DNA of 64,000 bases from Eledone cirrhosa (GCA_964016885.1 OZ024740.1:292330001-292394000), one strand, 5' to 3'. Shown: positions 11,554 to 24,795, counted from the first letter of the stretch. Numbers and translations: made by a program. Notes: a model not told the origin generated them from the sequence alone.

Positions 11554-11591
11554 TCTTAACGTTTCGGACGCTAGTCCTTCATCAGAAGAAA
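11554..11591 (-). ncRNA. Minimal hammerhead-like motif of PLE type
   Basis: Minus strand TCTT CTGATGA A GGAC-TAGC-GTCC GAAACGTT AAGA. Confidence 0.55.
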
Positions 11592-12249
11592 GAATGAGAA
11601 ATAAGATAGATTGAGGGGACCGGCGGTATATATATATATAACCAGATAGTTACGACTGGAACTCCTTTGATCATAGATCTCCGAGATCAGAGATCACACG
11701 AGGCTTAACAACATTTATACGCAAATGCACACACCCTGACATTCATATATACGAGAGTACAGTACATTAAAAAACAAATGAACTTCGAAAACTATGTGAT
11801 AGAGTTAAGGTGAGCGTTGTTAGAATAGATGAGGTGTAAGCTCTACGACATTTATATCTTCATCTTGTATTCAAATCTCTTTTTAACCGATTTCACTTGA
11901 ACCGTTAACGGCTTTCGTTAATACTAAAAAGTCATACTTAGCCTGAATGTATGCAGCAGTATAGACTTCACAGTTTAGACCAGGTCGTGGCACTAAATTA
12001 GGCAATGGGTTAAGTTTACCTTTTATGAATGACTATGCTTTCTTTGGGAGCTTTCTACACAGTTTACGTCTACCAAATGTCACTTACAAGGGCTCGGTTG
12101 ACAAGAGACTGTGATAGAAGACACTTGCTCAGAGTGCTGCAGAGTGAAATCAAACCTGTGACCACCTAGTTGCTAAATTAACTCTTGACCCAGACATTCC
12201 CTTCTGTTTCCATTATTAAATGAAAAGGCAGTAATAACAAATTATAAAT

Positions 12250-12715
12250 TAAGTGCTAGAATTGAAGGAGCTGGTGCAGTAATGTGCCAGCTTCAGCATT
12301 CGGTAATCAGAAGTAGGGAGGTAGGTGTAAAAGACAAACTCACTAATGTCAATTCGGTATTCGTGCCAACACTTACCTATGGTCATGAATCCTGGGTAAT
12401 GACCGAAAGTATACGATCGTGAATACAAGTGGCCGAAATGGGATTCCTCCAAAGGGTCTTTGGAGTAACGTTACTCGATAGGGTGCGTAACTCGGAGATC
12501 AGAGAGTCACTTACAGGCAAAACCAACCGGCAGGAGACCCAGAAGTAGACCTCAAGCAATATGTTTGGATAACATCCATGAGCTCGGTTGGTCTCACTTG
12601 GCAATCCAATTGGATCAGTTGGAGTCAGTTGCTTTTGACAGGACCCGCTGGAAGGAGTGTTTGAGGACTCTGCCCCCACGACCCTCTCAGGAATATGTGA
12701 GTGAAGAAAAAGAAA
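12250..12715 (+). mobile_element. RTE (Rex3/Expander-like) 3' fragment
   Basis: VFVPTLTYGHESWVMTESIRSRIQVAEMGFLQRVFGVTLLDRVRNSEIRESL. The same 3' end recurs at ~25420-25545 (+), ~43940-44215 (-) and ~48400-48655 (+). Confidence 0.8.
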
Positions 12716-13049
12716 TAAGTATAACAAAAAAAACAACAAAAACAACAAAAAACAAAATAAAAAATAACTAACCACATTTTCCTCAATTTCTTCATATAGA
12801 CTGCTCTTTGGTAAATGAGGAACTTCAAAATTGGTGCGAGTATTATCAGGAGTAGAGTTTCGCCTTGAGAAAATATCAAATAAAAATCATTAAAAGGTAT
12901 CGGGCAATATATATTGTGATATTTGGTTACTTTATGTTCTGAGTTCAAATTTTACTCAGGTCCATCTTGGCGTATATAGTTTCTCGGACATTAAAAATGA
13001 ATTTTTGTCGGGCCTCTATCGGCTCTGATGAGTGTTGTTTGAACAAAGA

Positions 13050-13325
13050 AGCAGACTACAAGTGAAATCAACGGGGAAGTTCTGAGTATTCCACAGACAC
13101 GTATACTCTTAATGTAGTTCTCAGGGAGATTCAATGGGAGACAGTATGTGAAAAGCCAGCACTTTGAATTACAGATACAACTCATTTTTGCCAGCTGAGC
13201 AGACTGAAGCAACGTGAGATAAAGTTACTTGCTCAAGAACACAACAGGTCGCCCGGTCTGTGAATAGAACTTACGACCTTACAATTGCAAGCCCAGTCCC
13301 CTTACCACTAAGCTATGGGTCTTCA
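13050..13325 (-). mobile_element. Octopod SINE (family B-related head)
   Basis: tRNA-like head TAGCTTAGTGGTAAG...AAGTTCTATTC and body GAATCTCCCTGAGAACTAC. Related copies at ~42545-42680 (-) and ~47430-47730 (+). Confidence 0.6.
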
Positions 13326-13719
13326 CAGAAATAAAGACCAGACAAAATTGGAATTAGGACAGAAATTTTGGAGAATCGAAAGAGCATTGGAAAAAAATGC
13401 TTTGCTGCATTGAGTTACATTCCATTACATTTTTAATTCAAATTTCGCACAGATCGACATTACTTTTTATCTCTCTGAGGTCCTTAAAATATAGAACCAC
13501 TCAAGTACTTGGGTCGATATAATCGGCTATATTCTTTCCCTAAATTTGTGATCTTGTGCGTATGTTAGAAATCAATATAAATACTCAAATCAATATAGAT
13601 AATCATATCATATAAAATGGTGCTCCAAAATGAACAAAAATCAACGAATAAAGCCAGTAAAAGAATAAAAAAAATACTTGGAAACTGCAGTCGACTAAAT
13701 CAATCATTATTTCAGATTA

Positions 13720-14320
13720 CTGAACTCTAGTTATTCTTGATTTTCATTCTGACCTCCTTCCTCTCTTTTGGGGTATTGGGCATGTAGTGCTTTTTCTCTT
13801 CATTTTACTTTAGGATATTCTGAAATTCTTTTTTGATTTTGTTTATTTTTTGTTTTTTAACTTTTTCTATTGTTTTATCCTTATCTAAAATTTTTCCTTT
13901 AGTGTAGTTAGTTTTTTATCGTTTTCTATCATACATAGAAAAGTCAATTGTTTATCATATATCTTTATTACACTAATATGATTTCTTTGTTTGCTTATAA
14001 ATATTTTCTAACTGCACTACTATTGTTTCATAGTAGTTTCTCTTTGTATAAGACTTGTGCAAGGTGTATTTCCTCTTTTATAATAACTTTGGAGTTGACA
14101 CTTGAGAGGCATTTATTTTTTTCTGTTTAAGCTCTTCGATTCATTTGACTTTCAATTTATTATGTTGAACCTGTAGATTATAACAGTGTTGGCACTTGTA
14201 TTATATACCAACCATCTAATATTTAGAATTGGGTTCAAGTTTTAATATTAGTCTAACTCTTCAGTAGTACTCTTTCTAATTTTCTCTTTTATTTTATTCT
14301 TTTAATTTAATCTCTGATGT
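13720..14320 (-). pseudogene. Highly decayed R4/Dong-like non-LTR fragment
   Basis: Minus-strand KVK*REKALHAQYPKR resembles the WxxKxLHGQYP motif of RLE-type retrotransposons. Confidence 0.4.
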
Positions 14321-14479
14321 CTGAATGTTGAAGCTGGCACATTACTGCACCAGCTCCTGTAATTCTTGCACTAAATTCAGCCTCCTGCCCTCCAAAATTA
14401 AGTAATGAACATAGGGGGTAAGGGGTATAAATGCCATAAATGAGAAAAGGAGGGAAAAGCAAGAACTATTAGGCCACGG

Positions 14480-14690
14480 AAGAAAGGAAGGGGGAAGGGG
14501 AAATGGTGATAGGCTCAATGCTTCGAGCAGGGCGGGGCGAGGTTTCGGCTGCGCCATGCAGACAAAGGCCAGCGACACGCACTGCAATAGCCACCCCACC
14601 TCGTGGAGCTCCTTCCTCAGACCTGCTGGTGACGTTCTGATTTTATGAAAGAGCGCGGCATATTTGTTGGGGTTTTTTTGTGGACTTCTA
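14480..14690 (-). mobile_element. CRE-like non-LTR 3' fragment
   Basis: GLRKELHEVGWLLQCVSLA, homologous to 53630-53700. Confidence 0.65.
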
Positions 14691-14852
14691 TATTTTTAGT
14701 GTCTTTGGTAGTTTCCAACTTCAAGATGTTGAAACTGTATCAGTCACACGAATCGCGGAGGACTTTCAAAGATCATAGGTATTGTCATTCCTCTAAACTA
14801 AATCACAAAATATATATGAATGAAAGGAATGAAACTGAGAACCTTTACGTAC

Positions 14853-15063
14853 TTTCGTCTAATGGATATCCATACAATTAGGAAGACAATAAAAATGATC
14901 GCTAACAACAAAAAGCTGGCTAAAGGTAGAACGACTAGCAAATTATATGTTTCTGGCTGATGTGGAGTTGTCGGGTTCGGTTTCTGCATAAACTTCTTTA
15001 TTTTGTCGTTGTCCCAATTCGAGAAATCTTTTGGCCAATTATTCCGGCATTCATTTTTATTAT
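14853..15063 (-). CDS. Putative transmembrane exon of the host gene
   Basis: Acceptor TTTCTCACACAG|AT (phase 1), donor AA|GTACGT (phase 2). Encodes NKNECRNNWPKDFSNWDNDKIKKFMQKPNPTTPHQPETYNLLVVLPLASFLLLAIIFIVFLIVWISIRR, a stalk, a hydrophobic helix and a basic stop-transfer. Confidence 0.7.
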
Positions 15064-15139
15064 CTGTGTGAGAAAGTTTTAAAATGAGAACAAAAACGTA
15101 TTAATTATTTTTTTTTTACTTAATATAATAAAAAAAAAA

Positions 15140-16810
15140 TAATAATAATGAAATTATTGTGTACAGTGCTCAGGAGCACTACAACTCGTCAAACGTGCAT
15201 GTATAGTACATAGAATAATATACAAATGTCAGGAAAGTGAATAGTGTATGAGTCATGATATACATGTGTGTATGTGTAGGTGTAGTGTTGGCGAATCTCG
15301 GGAAGCATGGAGGTTTTAAAGGATGCAGTGTCTCGACAGCTAACAACTGATGCAGGTAGTTTGTTCCATGCTTCAGCAACTCTGAGCGTGAAAAAATGTT
15401 TCCAAAAGTCATGGGAACTGTGCTGTTTTCTGACTTTGTGGGCATGCCCATGTGTGTTAGACACATGGAAATCAAAAAGGTACTCAGGGTTATTGTTGGC
15501 AAGATGGTTAACAATTTTGTGGGCATTTACCAAGTCAGTTGCCAGGCGTCGGAGCTTCAATGTATCCATGCCCAGGGAAGCAAGGCGTTCAGATTATGGT
15601 AGATGCCTGATGGAGGGTATTCGCTTGGTTGCACGTCTCTGAACAGTTTCCAGGGCGGTCAATGTTCTGAGCAAGATAGGGGTTCCAGACTGGTGATGCA
15701 AATTCTAAGCCATGTACAGCCTTAAATAGATAGCTGGAGAGCGGCTACAAAGGTCTTGCTGAGTGATGCTAAGACACCTTCGGCCCTCTTGACAATTTTA
15801 GAGACGTGCTTCGTCCAACGCAAATCGCTGCTGACCGTAATGCTCAGGTCACCTTCACAAGAAGACTTCTTGATATTAGTGCTGTGGAGGCAGTATGTGG
15901 ACGTTGGGTTTTACTCCCAAAATGCATGGTGGTGCACTTGTCCACAGCTAGCTTGAGTTGCCAGTCTGTGATCCATTGTTGCATTGTGTCCAGGTCAGAC
16001 TGCAAGCAAGATCTATAGTGTTCAGGATCTGTCCTTTTTATCTCAAGGTACAGCTTGATGTCATCTGCGTACTTTAGTACTGTGGCATTCTTTAAGTTGG
16101 CATCTATGTCATTAATATATGCCACAAACAAAAGGGGGCCAAGAACAGATCCCTGTGGTACACCAGATGACATCTCATATGGTGAGGAATGCTGTCCCAG
16201 AACCGTGACTACCTCTCTTCGACTGAGAAGGAAGGACTTCAACCAGTTAAAAAGATCATCCTTCATACCCATTGCAGCGAGTTTTGCCATAAGCCTTTTG
16301 TGTGGAACAGAATTGAAAGCTTTCACAAAGTCAAGGTAAACAACATCCACCCATGAGCCGCCATCAGTGATCCGGGTGATGTCTTCAAGAAACTCGATAA
16401 GTTGATAACAGCAGCTGGAGTTGGGGATAAATCCAAATTGCAAGGGCCGGATAAGACTGTGAGAGTTCCAGAAGTTCAAAAGTGTTTCTCTGACACAGGA
16501 TTCCATCAGTTTGGCAATGCAACTAGTAAGACTGACTGGATGATAGTTCACAGGTGATGTGCGGTCACCCTTTTTGAACAGAGGAATGACACTGGCAGTT
16601 TTCCACTGTTCTGGAGTAGCACCGTTGTTCAGACAGAATTGGAAGAAGCGTGATAGCTGGTGCAGAAGGATGTACCCACCACGTTTAAGAAGCAGGTACA
16701 TAACACCATCAAGACCAGGAGAGGCATGGTTGCGATTATTTTTTAGGTGACGTCGGAGCATTGCAGGTTTAATGTTGTTTAGACCCAGTTCAACTTTGAT
16801 CAAGCGAAAT
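15140..16810 (-). mobile_element. 5'-truncated CR1/L2-clade LINE
   Basis: ORF 15844-16803 has SPGLDG, PVSLTSCIAKLMES, VYLDFVKAFNSVPH, GVPQGSVLGPLLF, KYADDIKL. C-terminus FFTLRVAEAWNKLP. (TTA)n tail. Confidence 0.92.
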
Positions 16811-17529
16811 TGTTAAAAAAGACATCTCAGTTAGCACCATCCCATCTTATTATATTTCAATATAGTTTACCTAGAACTACATTTTCTAATGTATCTCTTT
16901 TTATAGACAGTAGCAATTTCACTGCTATAACAAGCAAATCAAATGATCACATACTCTTTTATTGACTCGGTTTGTAAGAGGGGGGAGATATAGATGATTA
17001 AATCAACCTAAGTATATTACTGGTACTTATTTTATGAACTTTGGAATGATGAGTGCAACATTGATAATATCATAAATTAAACATTAAAAGTAATGAAGAG
17101 GACCGTATTAAAATGCAAACTGGACTGCAACTCCACTATTGTTTCATTTGTTAATTCTTTTACTGGTTTCAGTAACAGGACTGTAGCTAGCTGAGACACC
17201 ACAGTCAACTATATCAAACCCAACATTTATATGTTGCTTATTTTATTAATCTCTATTTACCGAATGACCAAGTCTGCCATTTCTGAAATAAGGGAACATA
17301 ATTCAAGGCACGTGTTTTATATCCATCCATGCATCCACCCAATCATGCATGCATATATACGTACATACATATATAGGTTTTTACGTATATATGTACAAAC
17401 ATCCAGCCATCCATGCTTCATACATATATACACACAGAAACATAAAAACTTACATATGTATGTACATACATAATACATCATATATACATAAATACATACA
17501 TGGTGGCTGCCAACTCGTTTTCGAGTACG

Positions 17530-18112
17530 GCCACTACTTTATATCCATGTAGGAGAACCCCTACCGATGCGCTGAACGAGTGTGACTTTTTAGTCCAGCC
17601 AGCGACTTGAAAACTCTGGTACAAACACTACACTTGTGACAATTATTGACACATAGTGCTGGTCCCATGGTACCATGTGACGACAAGTGCAGAGAGATCT
17701 CCAGATATAAAGCAATGCCTGTGCCATGAAGCTTTTATAGTGAGCAAAGGCACTGCACAAAGCCAGTCCCACTCTCTTAACCAAGATGATATTTACCAAA
17801 AAGAAGAACAAGTCAACATCATTGGATACCATCAGAGTTGCAGGTGTTATATCAGAGTTTTCCTTCTCCTAGAATTCTGCCTTGACAAAGGCTAAGGGGT
17901 CATCTCTCCCGGTGATTTTGGATGGCCATTGACTCTTAAGAGCTCCTTTGCCCTTTGACAGGTTTTGTTTTTAGTCCTGCAGGATGTCCAAAGTCACCCT
18001 CCTCACCAAGAAACCTTGGTGGGGTTGCCAGTTTAGTTGCCAACGACCCGACCATGAGGCAGGTTGTACTGGGATACATGTTACCAGTAGCACCAACTGG
18101 TGACCTGACATC
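17530..18112 (-). mobile_element. 5' end of a non-LTR family inserted in (CATA)n (copy A)
   Basis: GTGCTACTGGTAACATGTATCCCAGTACAACC...GGTGAGGAGGGTGA...GGCCATCCAAA is shared with 18290-18812 (-) and 30495-30660 (+). All three abut CATA/TA repeats. Confidence 0.6.
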
Positions 18113-18289
18113 ATACATACATAGACACGTACACACATTATGATGATGATAGCTGAAACTCAATTTCGAGTAATGCCATTGCTTGGTATTTAATCATGAC
18201 CACCATGGACAAACATATATATATCTATACTATGTACATACATACATACATATATATATATACATACATGCATGCATACATACATGATG

Positions 18290-18812
18290 GTTGCAAACTC
18301 TGCTAAGAGTATTGCAATCGCTTGTCAGATTACAGAAAATAGTGCACTTTTAGGCTACAGCCACCCACACAAACCTGTAACAGACCCTGAACAAGCAATG
18401 CTTGTGCTTTGAAGGTTTTTTAAGTAGGGAAAGGACTTGTACTCGCCCAATCCCGCTCGCTGAGCATCGAAAATACTACCTGAAAAGGAGAACTGGTTAA
18501 CATCATCGGATGCTTCCAAAGCCGCTGGTTTTATTTCAGAGTTTCCCTCTCTTATAAAGGTGTTGTGACAACAACTGGGGGCCTTTCACTCACACGTGAA
18601 AAAAAAAAAAAGTACTATTTGGATGGCCATTGGCTCTGCTGAGTTCCTCCGCCCTTTGTCAGGTCTTGTATTTTATCACACAAGGTGTCCAAATATCACC
18701 CTCCTCACCAAACAAGCAAACTTGGTTGGGTTGCCGGTTTAGTCACTGACTACTCGGCCTTGAGACAAGTTGTACTGGGTTACATGTTACCAGTAGCACT
18801 CGAGAGCAACCT
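18290..18812 (-). mobile_element. Same family, copy B
   Basis: Aligns by eye with 17530-18112. Confidence 0.6.
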
Positions 18813-19149
18813 CATACATACATACATGCATGTATGCATACATACAAACATACATGCATACAAACATACATACATACATATATACATACATACATATATA
18901 CATGCATGCATACATACATACATATATACATTAAACATATATACATGGATATGACATTAAACTGCATCCAGTGGCAAGGCTCCAGTTCAGGAGCTTTGGG
19001 GAATGTGGAGTTACCCCTTAGTTGTTATCACTCCCAGGTCTGCTCTGGCCTGGAGCAGTAGTACCTGTAATGGATTAAATAATTGTCTTATTTGAGTGGT
19101 ATTCGGTAAGGTATTGAAAAGAAACATGGAGAGTGTATTTAACAGCAGT

Positions 19150-21410
19150 AGGGTTAGAGCCCCTAACTACACTGTCAAGGAGCAGTCTGGTCGTTATGAC
19201 TTTGCTGGTTTAGAGTCACATGGAGGACCAGTGGATGATGGATAGGCTGTCTTTAAGACACAACATAAAAATATAAAGAATACTGTTTTGTCCCATAGAT
19301 GAGCCATTAAAATCGGCTCTCTGAATGTGAAGACTGTTCGGACGCTGGAAAAGAGAGACAGGAGCTGGGTCATCAAGAACGCATGATCCTAAATGCCTGT
19401 GAAAAGAATGATGATTGGAAAGAGGAGCCAGCACATCACCACAGCAGCAGTGAGGAATACTATTAATGCTGCAGTAAGAGAAGGTTTTGTTTTGACTACA
19501 GGAGCCAATCTATTAGTGAGGGAGATCATACCTGTCTCCCGGTGAGTGTTGAGGGTGACCTTCAGTGGAAACCCAAGTCTGACAGTCATCTCAGCCTATA
19601 GTCCAACCGAGGGCGAGAGTGATGTGAGTGGAGAGGAGTTCCATGAGGAAGTGTGTAGAGTGGTCAACACTACACGAGCTCATAACATCCTGCTTGTTCT
19701 GGGTGACTTCAATGCACTTCTGAGTAAGGAGAGCAGTGAAGATCCTTGCTGGTACTTTCATAACAACACCAACCGAAACAGGAGATTACTGAGGAAAGAG
19801 GAGCCACCACATCACTACAGCAATGGCATTACTTGAAATATGTATATCATCTCAACAACTGCTGGATGTGAACTAACTAGATGGCAACCAGCCTAAGGTT
19901 CAGGAAGAATCCAGGAAAGATGTGGACCTACATCTCTGATATGCACCTGTCCAAGTCCCTGATTGATTTCATTCTGGTGAAGAAGAAGTGGCAGAATAGT
20001 GTTCTGAACACAGAACCATACAATTACTTCAGTACACTGGGCAGTGACCACCGGCTTGTTATGAGTGAGGTCCAGGTGTGCTTAAGAAAGAGTAAGGTTC
20101 CACCCCTGAGAGCAATCTATGAGAGGGGAGCTTTCAAGGGAGATGATAAGCTACAGGAGAGGTACACAGTAGAAGTGAGGAGCAGGTTCAGTGCTCTATG
20201 TGGAGAGGCAGAGGAGAGAGAGATTGGAGGGACTGAGGGGAGTGTGACGAGGAGGTACGGATACTTCACTACTGCAGTGGTAGAAGCAAGTGAGACCCTG
20301 GTGCTCAGGAGAGAGAGGAAGAGGAAAAACGTCAGCTCTGCAGATCCAAAAGTGTGTGCAGCCAGAGAACACCTGAAAGCTGCAAAGGACCAATTCCATA
20401 CTGATCCTACAAAGGAGAGGAAGGAGAATGTGAAGCTGATGAAGGAAAACCCTGTACTGCTTACACTGAAACCAGAGATGTGGCTTTGATAGAGACGATC
20501 AGAAGTGTGGAGAGAGTGGTTGACAGGTGTAAGTGTAAAGAGAGGTGAACGATCATCAACGAGATCAAGAAAGGGAGTTCGAGCCAGATCCTGGGAACAG
20601 GGCCCGAGAATAGGGGAGCCACCTTCCACAGCCCAAAACACTGGAGAGATCAGACAGCTGTTTGAGGAACTGGATATTGAGAAAGGACTCAACACCAGAG
20701 AGGGGCTTCAGAGAGCCAAGAAGAAGATCAAGGAAAGCAAGGCCCATGGAGAAGATGGAGTAGTATCAGAGGTGACGAAGAGGTGTGATTTTGATGGTAC
20801 CATCCTGGAGTTCTGTAACTGGGTACTGGAGAAAGCAGTTGCCCCAGATCAGTGGAGGATCAGTAACATCGTCCCAATACCAAAGAAGGGAGATCTCACT
20901 GACGTCACCTGTTGCAAAGACCCTAAATAGGATGATTCTTAACAAGATTAGGTCCAAGATGGAGAAAAAGCTCAGGGAGAACCAGAATGGTTTCAGAGAG
21001 AGAAGATCAACCACCAGTCACATCCTGGTGCTGAGGAGAATTTTAGAAGGAGCTAGAGCAAAGAGCCTTCCTATCATGGTTTTCACTGGCTTCAGGAAGG
21101 CCTTTGATTCTGTGGACCATCATTGCTTGATGAAGATCTTACACACTTATGGAATCTGCAAGAAGATAGTGGATCTGATATGACTGTTCTACACCAACAC
21201 CAGAGCCCAAGTCATTACACCTGACGGGATGATGGAGTTCTTTGAGATTTTGGCTGAAGTACTCCAGGAAGATACATTGGCTCCCTACCTTTTTATCATC
21301 ACAGTGGACTCGGGCTTTACTGTAGCACTGGCTCAGAGAAGGAGAGTTAAGGCTAAAAAGATATCAGATGTTGAATTTGCTGACGACATAGTTCTGGTGA
21401 CAAACACATA
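19150..21410 (+). mobile_element. Degraded RTE-clade LINE (APE endonuclease plus RT)
   Basis: LKIGSLNV, ISAYSPT, LGDFNA, GSDHRLV (APE); NQNGFRERRSTTSHILVLRRILEG, FRKAFDSV, LQEDTLAPYLF, FADDIVL (RT). Many frameshifts. Related pieces at 37100-37700 and 61045-61340. Confidence 0.88.
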
Positions 21411-22044
21411 TGCACACTAGCATTTATGTATCAGCTGTGCTAGGGCTAGAAATTAAATTATAATCTTATATATATATATATACAGAGAGAGAGAGAGCAT
21501 GTTACTTCAAAGTGAGAACAACGGTTTAAAAGTAGGTGCCTTCCACTTGCCACACAATTTTATCAAGGGGGTCAGATTTGTTGAAAATACATCGTATAGA
21601 CGGACGAAGCCCAATTTCATTTTTAAAATATACTCACACACATACAAATAAATATTTATATGTGCGTGAGTATTTGGCAAACTGATATAAGAAGATGGGG
21701 GTGGAATAAGAGTGAGTGGGGTTGGAAAAAATTTCAAAAATTAATAAGCAGGGATCGGGTGGGGTAGTCTATTATTCGAGACTCAAGAGTACTTTCCTAC
21801 TGAACGGCAGGGCGATGTTTTTCTGTAGATTTTAGCACTTAATTTATTTACCCGAGAATACTGGTGCCTCACACAAAGCAGATGTTGTAGAGAAGACTTT
21901 ATCTGTCGGAGAATGTGAGAAACAAAACGAAAAACTCATTCATCCAGTCATTGGTAAAGTTATCTCCCTTGCATAACTAGTTTACTATGGAATTATGTAG
22001 TGATAAAATATGCATGCATGTGTGTGTGTGTGTATGTATGTCAT

Positions 22045-23430
22045 ACGCTCTATTTTTTCCAATGTGTTTGTTGCGCCTATCCTAACACCAACGTTTGGAA
22101 TACTCGATTGGATGATAAACCCGAAAAATCATAAACAACACCGGAAACTTCCACATCAACAGTGACATAGACCGCCTCTACTTGAAACGTAAGCAGGGAG
22201 GCAGAGGCCTAACATCAGTCCAGACAACATTTGAGTGTCCTATCATATCCCTCCGACAACATCTCTGAATCTCCAAGTGTACAAGCCCATCTATTGAGCA
22301 AGTCTATCTGCATGAGACAGACAAGATCAAGAGATGTGGGAAGGAACTCCTTGAAAGATACATCCTGCATGATAATAAAAACTCATGCCCAGTGAAATTG
22401 CCAAGCGATATCGCAATGAATCTATGGATGAAAAACTGCATGCTTATCAGCAAAAAATCATGCATGGATATATTGCCAGGAAGGTCCAGAGTGAGAGTAA
22501 TATAGATAAGCAAAGTAGTCTATCTTGGCCCAACAACTGGTATGTTGGCTCTCACTTTGATTACTTTTGTAATCCAAGAAGAGGAAATCAACACGAAATA
22601 CCTGATTCACGAAAGAGATAGGGATACAAGCAAACACCTAGATGTGACAGCAAATGCTGACTCTGAAGAATTAACATCGAAGATGTCACCCATGTCATAA
22701 GCAGCTATCCAAAGATGTCATCACAGGACTATCTACCTATGAGACATGATGTTGTGGCCAAAACACTGTACAATGCAATCCGCAGAAAAGATAGCCCCAA
22801 TAATAAACACATTAAAAGTTACAGCAATGTGGAAGACATATACATACATAATAAGAAAGAGTACTGGTGGAATGTTCCAGTCCCGCTAATAAAATACAAG
22901 CATAACAGACCAGATATAATGATATGGGGCAGGGAAAAGAAGGCATGCACAGTAGTGGAAGTTAGCTGCCGAGCAGATGCCAATATAATATTAAAGATTA
23001 GTGAAAAGGAGAATACCTATGCAGAATTAATGAAGAATCTGCAGATACTCCACCCTGACTATACCTTCAGACTTATACCTGTGATTATTGGGGAACTGGG
23101 ATATGTTAGTAACTGCTTCAATACAAATCTTGAGAAGCTGGGCTTCACAGAAGCAGAATGAACATGACTAGTTAGGAAATTACAAGTACAATCCATTATT
23201 GGAACAGTAAGAAAATGTAAAACATTCCAAAAATTCTGCAGGTAATAACTGCATAAACAGATACAAAAAACATGCTCATGCACACATATAACTCAAAACA
23301 TCCACATCCTCACATACAATAACATCCACACATGCAGATATGCATACATATCTACGTAGTTGATGTTGTGTAAATTCCAATAAGAGAGTCTTGTATCTAT
23401 GTTAGAAACCCACTATTAGTAAAAATGTAT
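22045..23430 (+). mobile_element. R4/Dong-like (RLE) non-LTR 3' half, degraded
   Basis: IDRLYLKRKQGGRGL, decayed CCHC (CDSKC..EDVTHVISS), RHDVVAK, and HNRPDIMIW...VVEVSC (PD-(D/E)xK restriction-like endonuclease). Confidence 0.85.
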
Positions 23431-23731
23431 AAAATTATGAAACCAGCAAAAGATACATACATGATGGCTGTCCCCTCGTTATCTAATATGGCCATTGCAC
23501 GATATAAGATTATTAATAATTTTGAATTAAGCTATCGTGCAATGCCTATGTGTGAAGATTCTTTTAAAAGTGAGGAAAGACTGTGCACTGAGCCAATACC
23601 ACTCTCTGAGCGACAGTAGATATAACCCCAAAAGAAGAAAAGATCGACATCATCGGTAACTACTGAGCTGCAGCTTTTATGTTAGAGTTATCCCAGTTTC
23701 CTGAGTTGCCTTCTCCTAGAAGAATGCCCTG

Positions 23732-24015
23732 ACATACATACATACATGCTCGCATACATACGTACATACATACATGAACGCATACATACACATACACACA
23801 CATACATACGTACGTACATACATACATGCATGCATGCATGCATACGTACATACATACATACATTCATACACACATACATACATGCATGCATACATATATA
23901 CATGCATGCATAGATACATACATAGATGAACGCATATGTACATACATACGTACATACATACATACATACATACGTACATACATACATGCATACGTACATA
24001 TGTACATACATATAT
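23732..24015. repeat. (CATA)n microsatellite
   Basis: Directly visible. Similar tracts at 17345-17500 and 18813-18945. Confidence 0.95.
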
Positions 24016-24133
24016 GCTCCACCCTGACTATGCCTTTAGATCTGTAATCATTAGGGCTGTTGGGTATATTGATGGACTGCAGAACTAATAAGCGACTGAG
24101 TAATTGATTATAATGTTATATTATGAAACTTAC

Positions 24134-24313
24134 ATTTTTTAGTGATGCCACATCTGAACCAAGGTTTTTTCTTACACTGTTTGTTATCGTGATCACACGT
24201 TTCATTGATTCTGTATGTACCATAGGCGCATTTTTGCCGCACACCACCATTATAGAAGAAATAACAATCACATGGATCATAGTGAGTAGTTCGATCGGAA
24301 GACATGCAAAAGT
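24134..24313 (-). CDS. Putative Cys-rich ectodomain exon, chitin-binding type 2 (peritrophin-A)-like
   Basis: Acceptor TATATTTTTCAG|AC, donor T|GTAAGT, a 180-nt phase 1-1 exon. Encodes FCMSSDRTTHYDPCDCYFFYNGGVRQKCAYGTYRINETCDHDNKQCKKKPWFRCGITKK (C...DPxDCxxFY...CxxGT...CD...C spacing). In phase with exon 14853-15063. Confidence 0.72.
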
Positions 24314-24589
24314 CTGAAAAATATAATAATAGATTTATAAGACGTAAGAAGCTCAGACGCAGAAAATAACTGCAATTACAGTCAGTGCTATAAAATAGCT
24401 TATAAAAATCTAGTAAAAAACCTCTAAAGACAGAAAAATGCTTTTCCTTGTACTATGTATGCATGCATGATCCTGTAACTCCTGATGAAATCGTGGGGGT
24501 GCCGTAATGGTGTTACTACTGCACTCTAAAGCCTGGCGAAGCCCATCTCATCACCAGGTCTGAACACAGTAGATTTCTTCCAGCGAAGG

Positions 24590-24795
24590 ATAGAAAGTAA
24601 GAGAGAGAATGAGAAAGGGATACTGAGAAAGAATCGACCTCACTACTAAACTGGTACTTTTTTTTTATCGACCTTGAATGAATGAAAGGCGAAGTTGACC
24701 TCGGCGGGATTTGATCCCAGAGAGCAGAAAGTTGGAACAAATACCACAAAGTATTCTATCCAACATTCTAACGACTCTGCTAATTCGCCGCCTAC
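24590..24795 (-). mobile_element. SINE family A relative
   Basis: Minus-strand GGCGGCGAATTAGCAGAGTCG...GGATCAAATCCCGCCGAGGTCAACTT. Confidence 0.7.

Noticed and set aside
23660-24047. MYVC/HTYI-repeat ORFs (also at 17.3, 18.8, 39.7 and 47.7 kb)
   Set aside because: Microsatellite artefacts.
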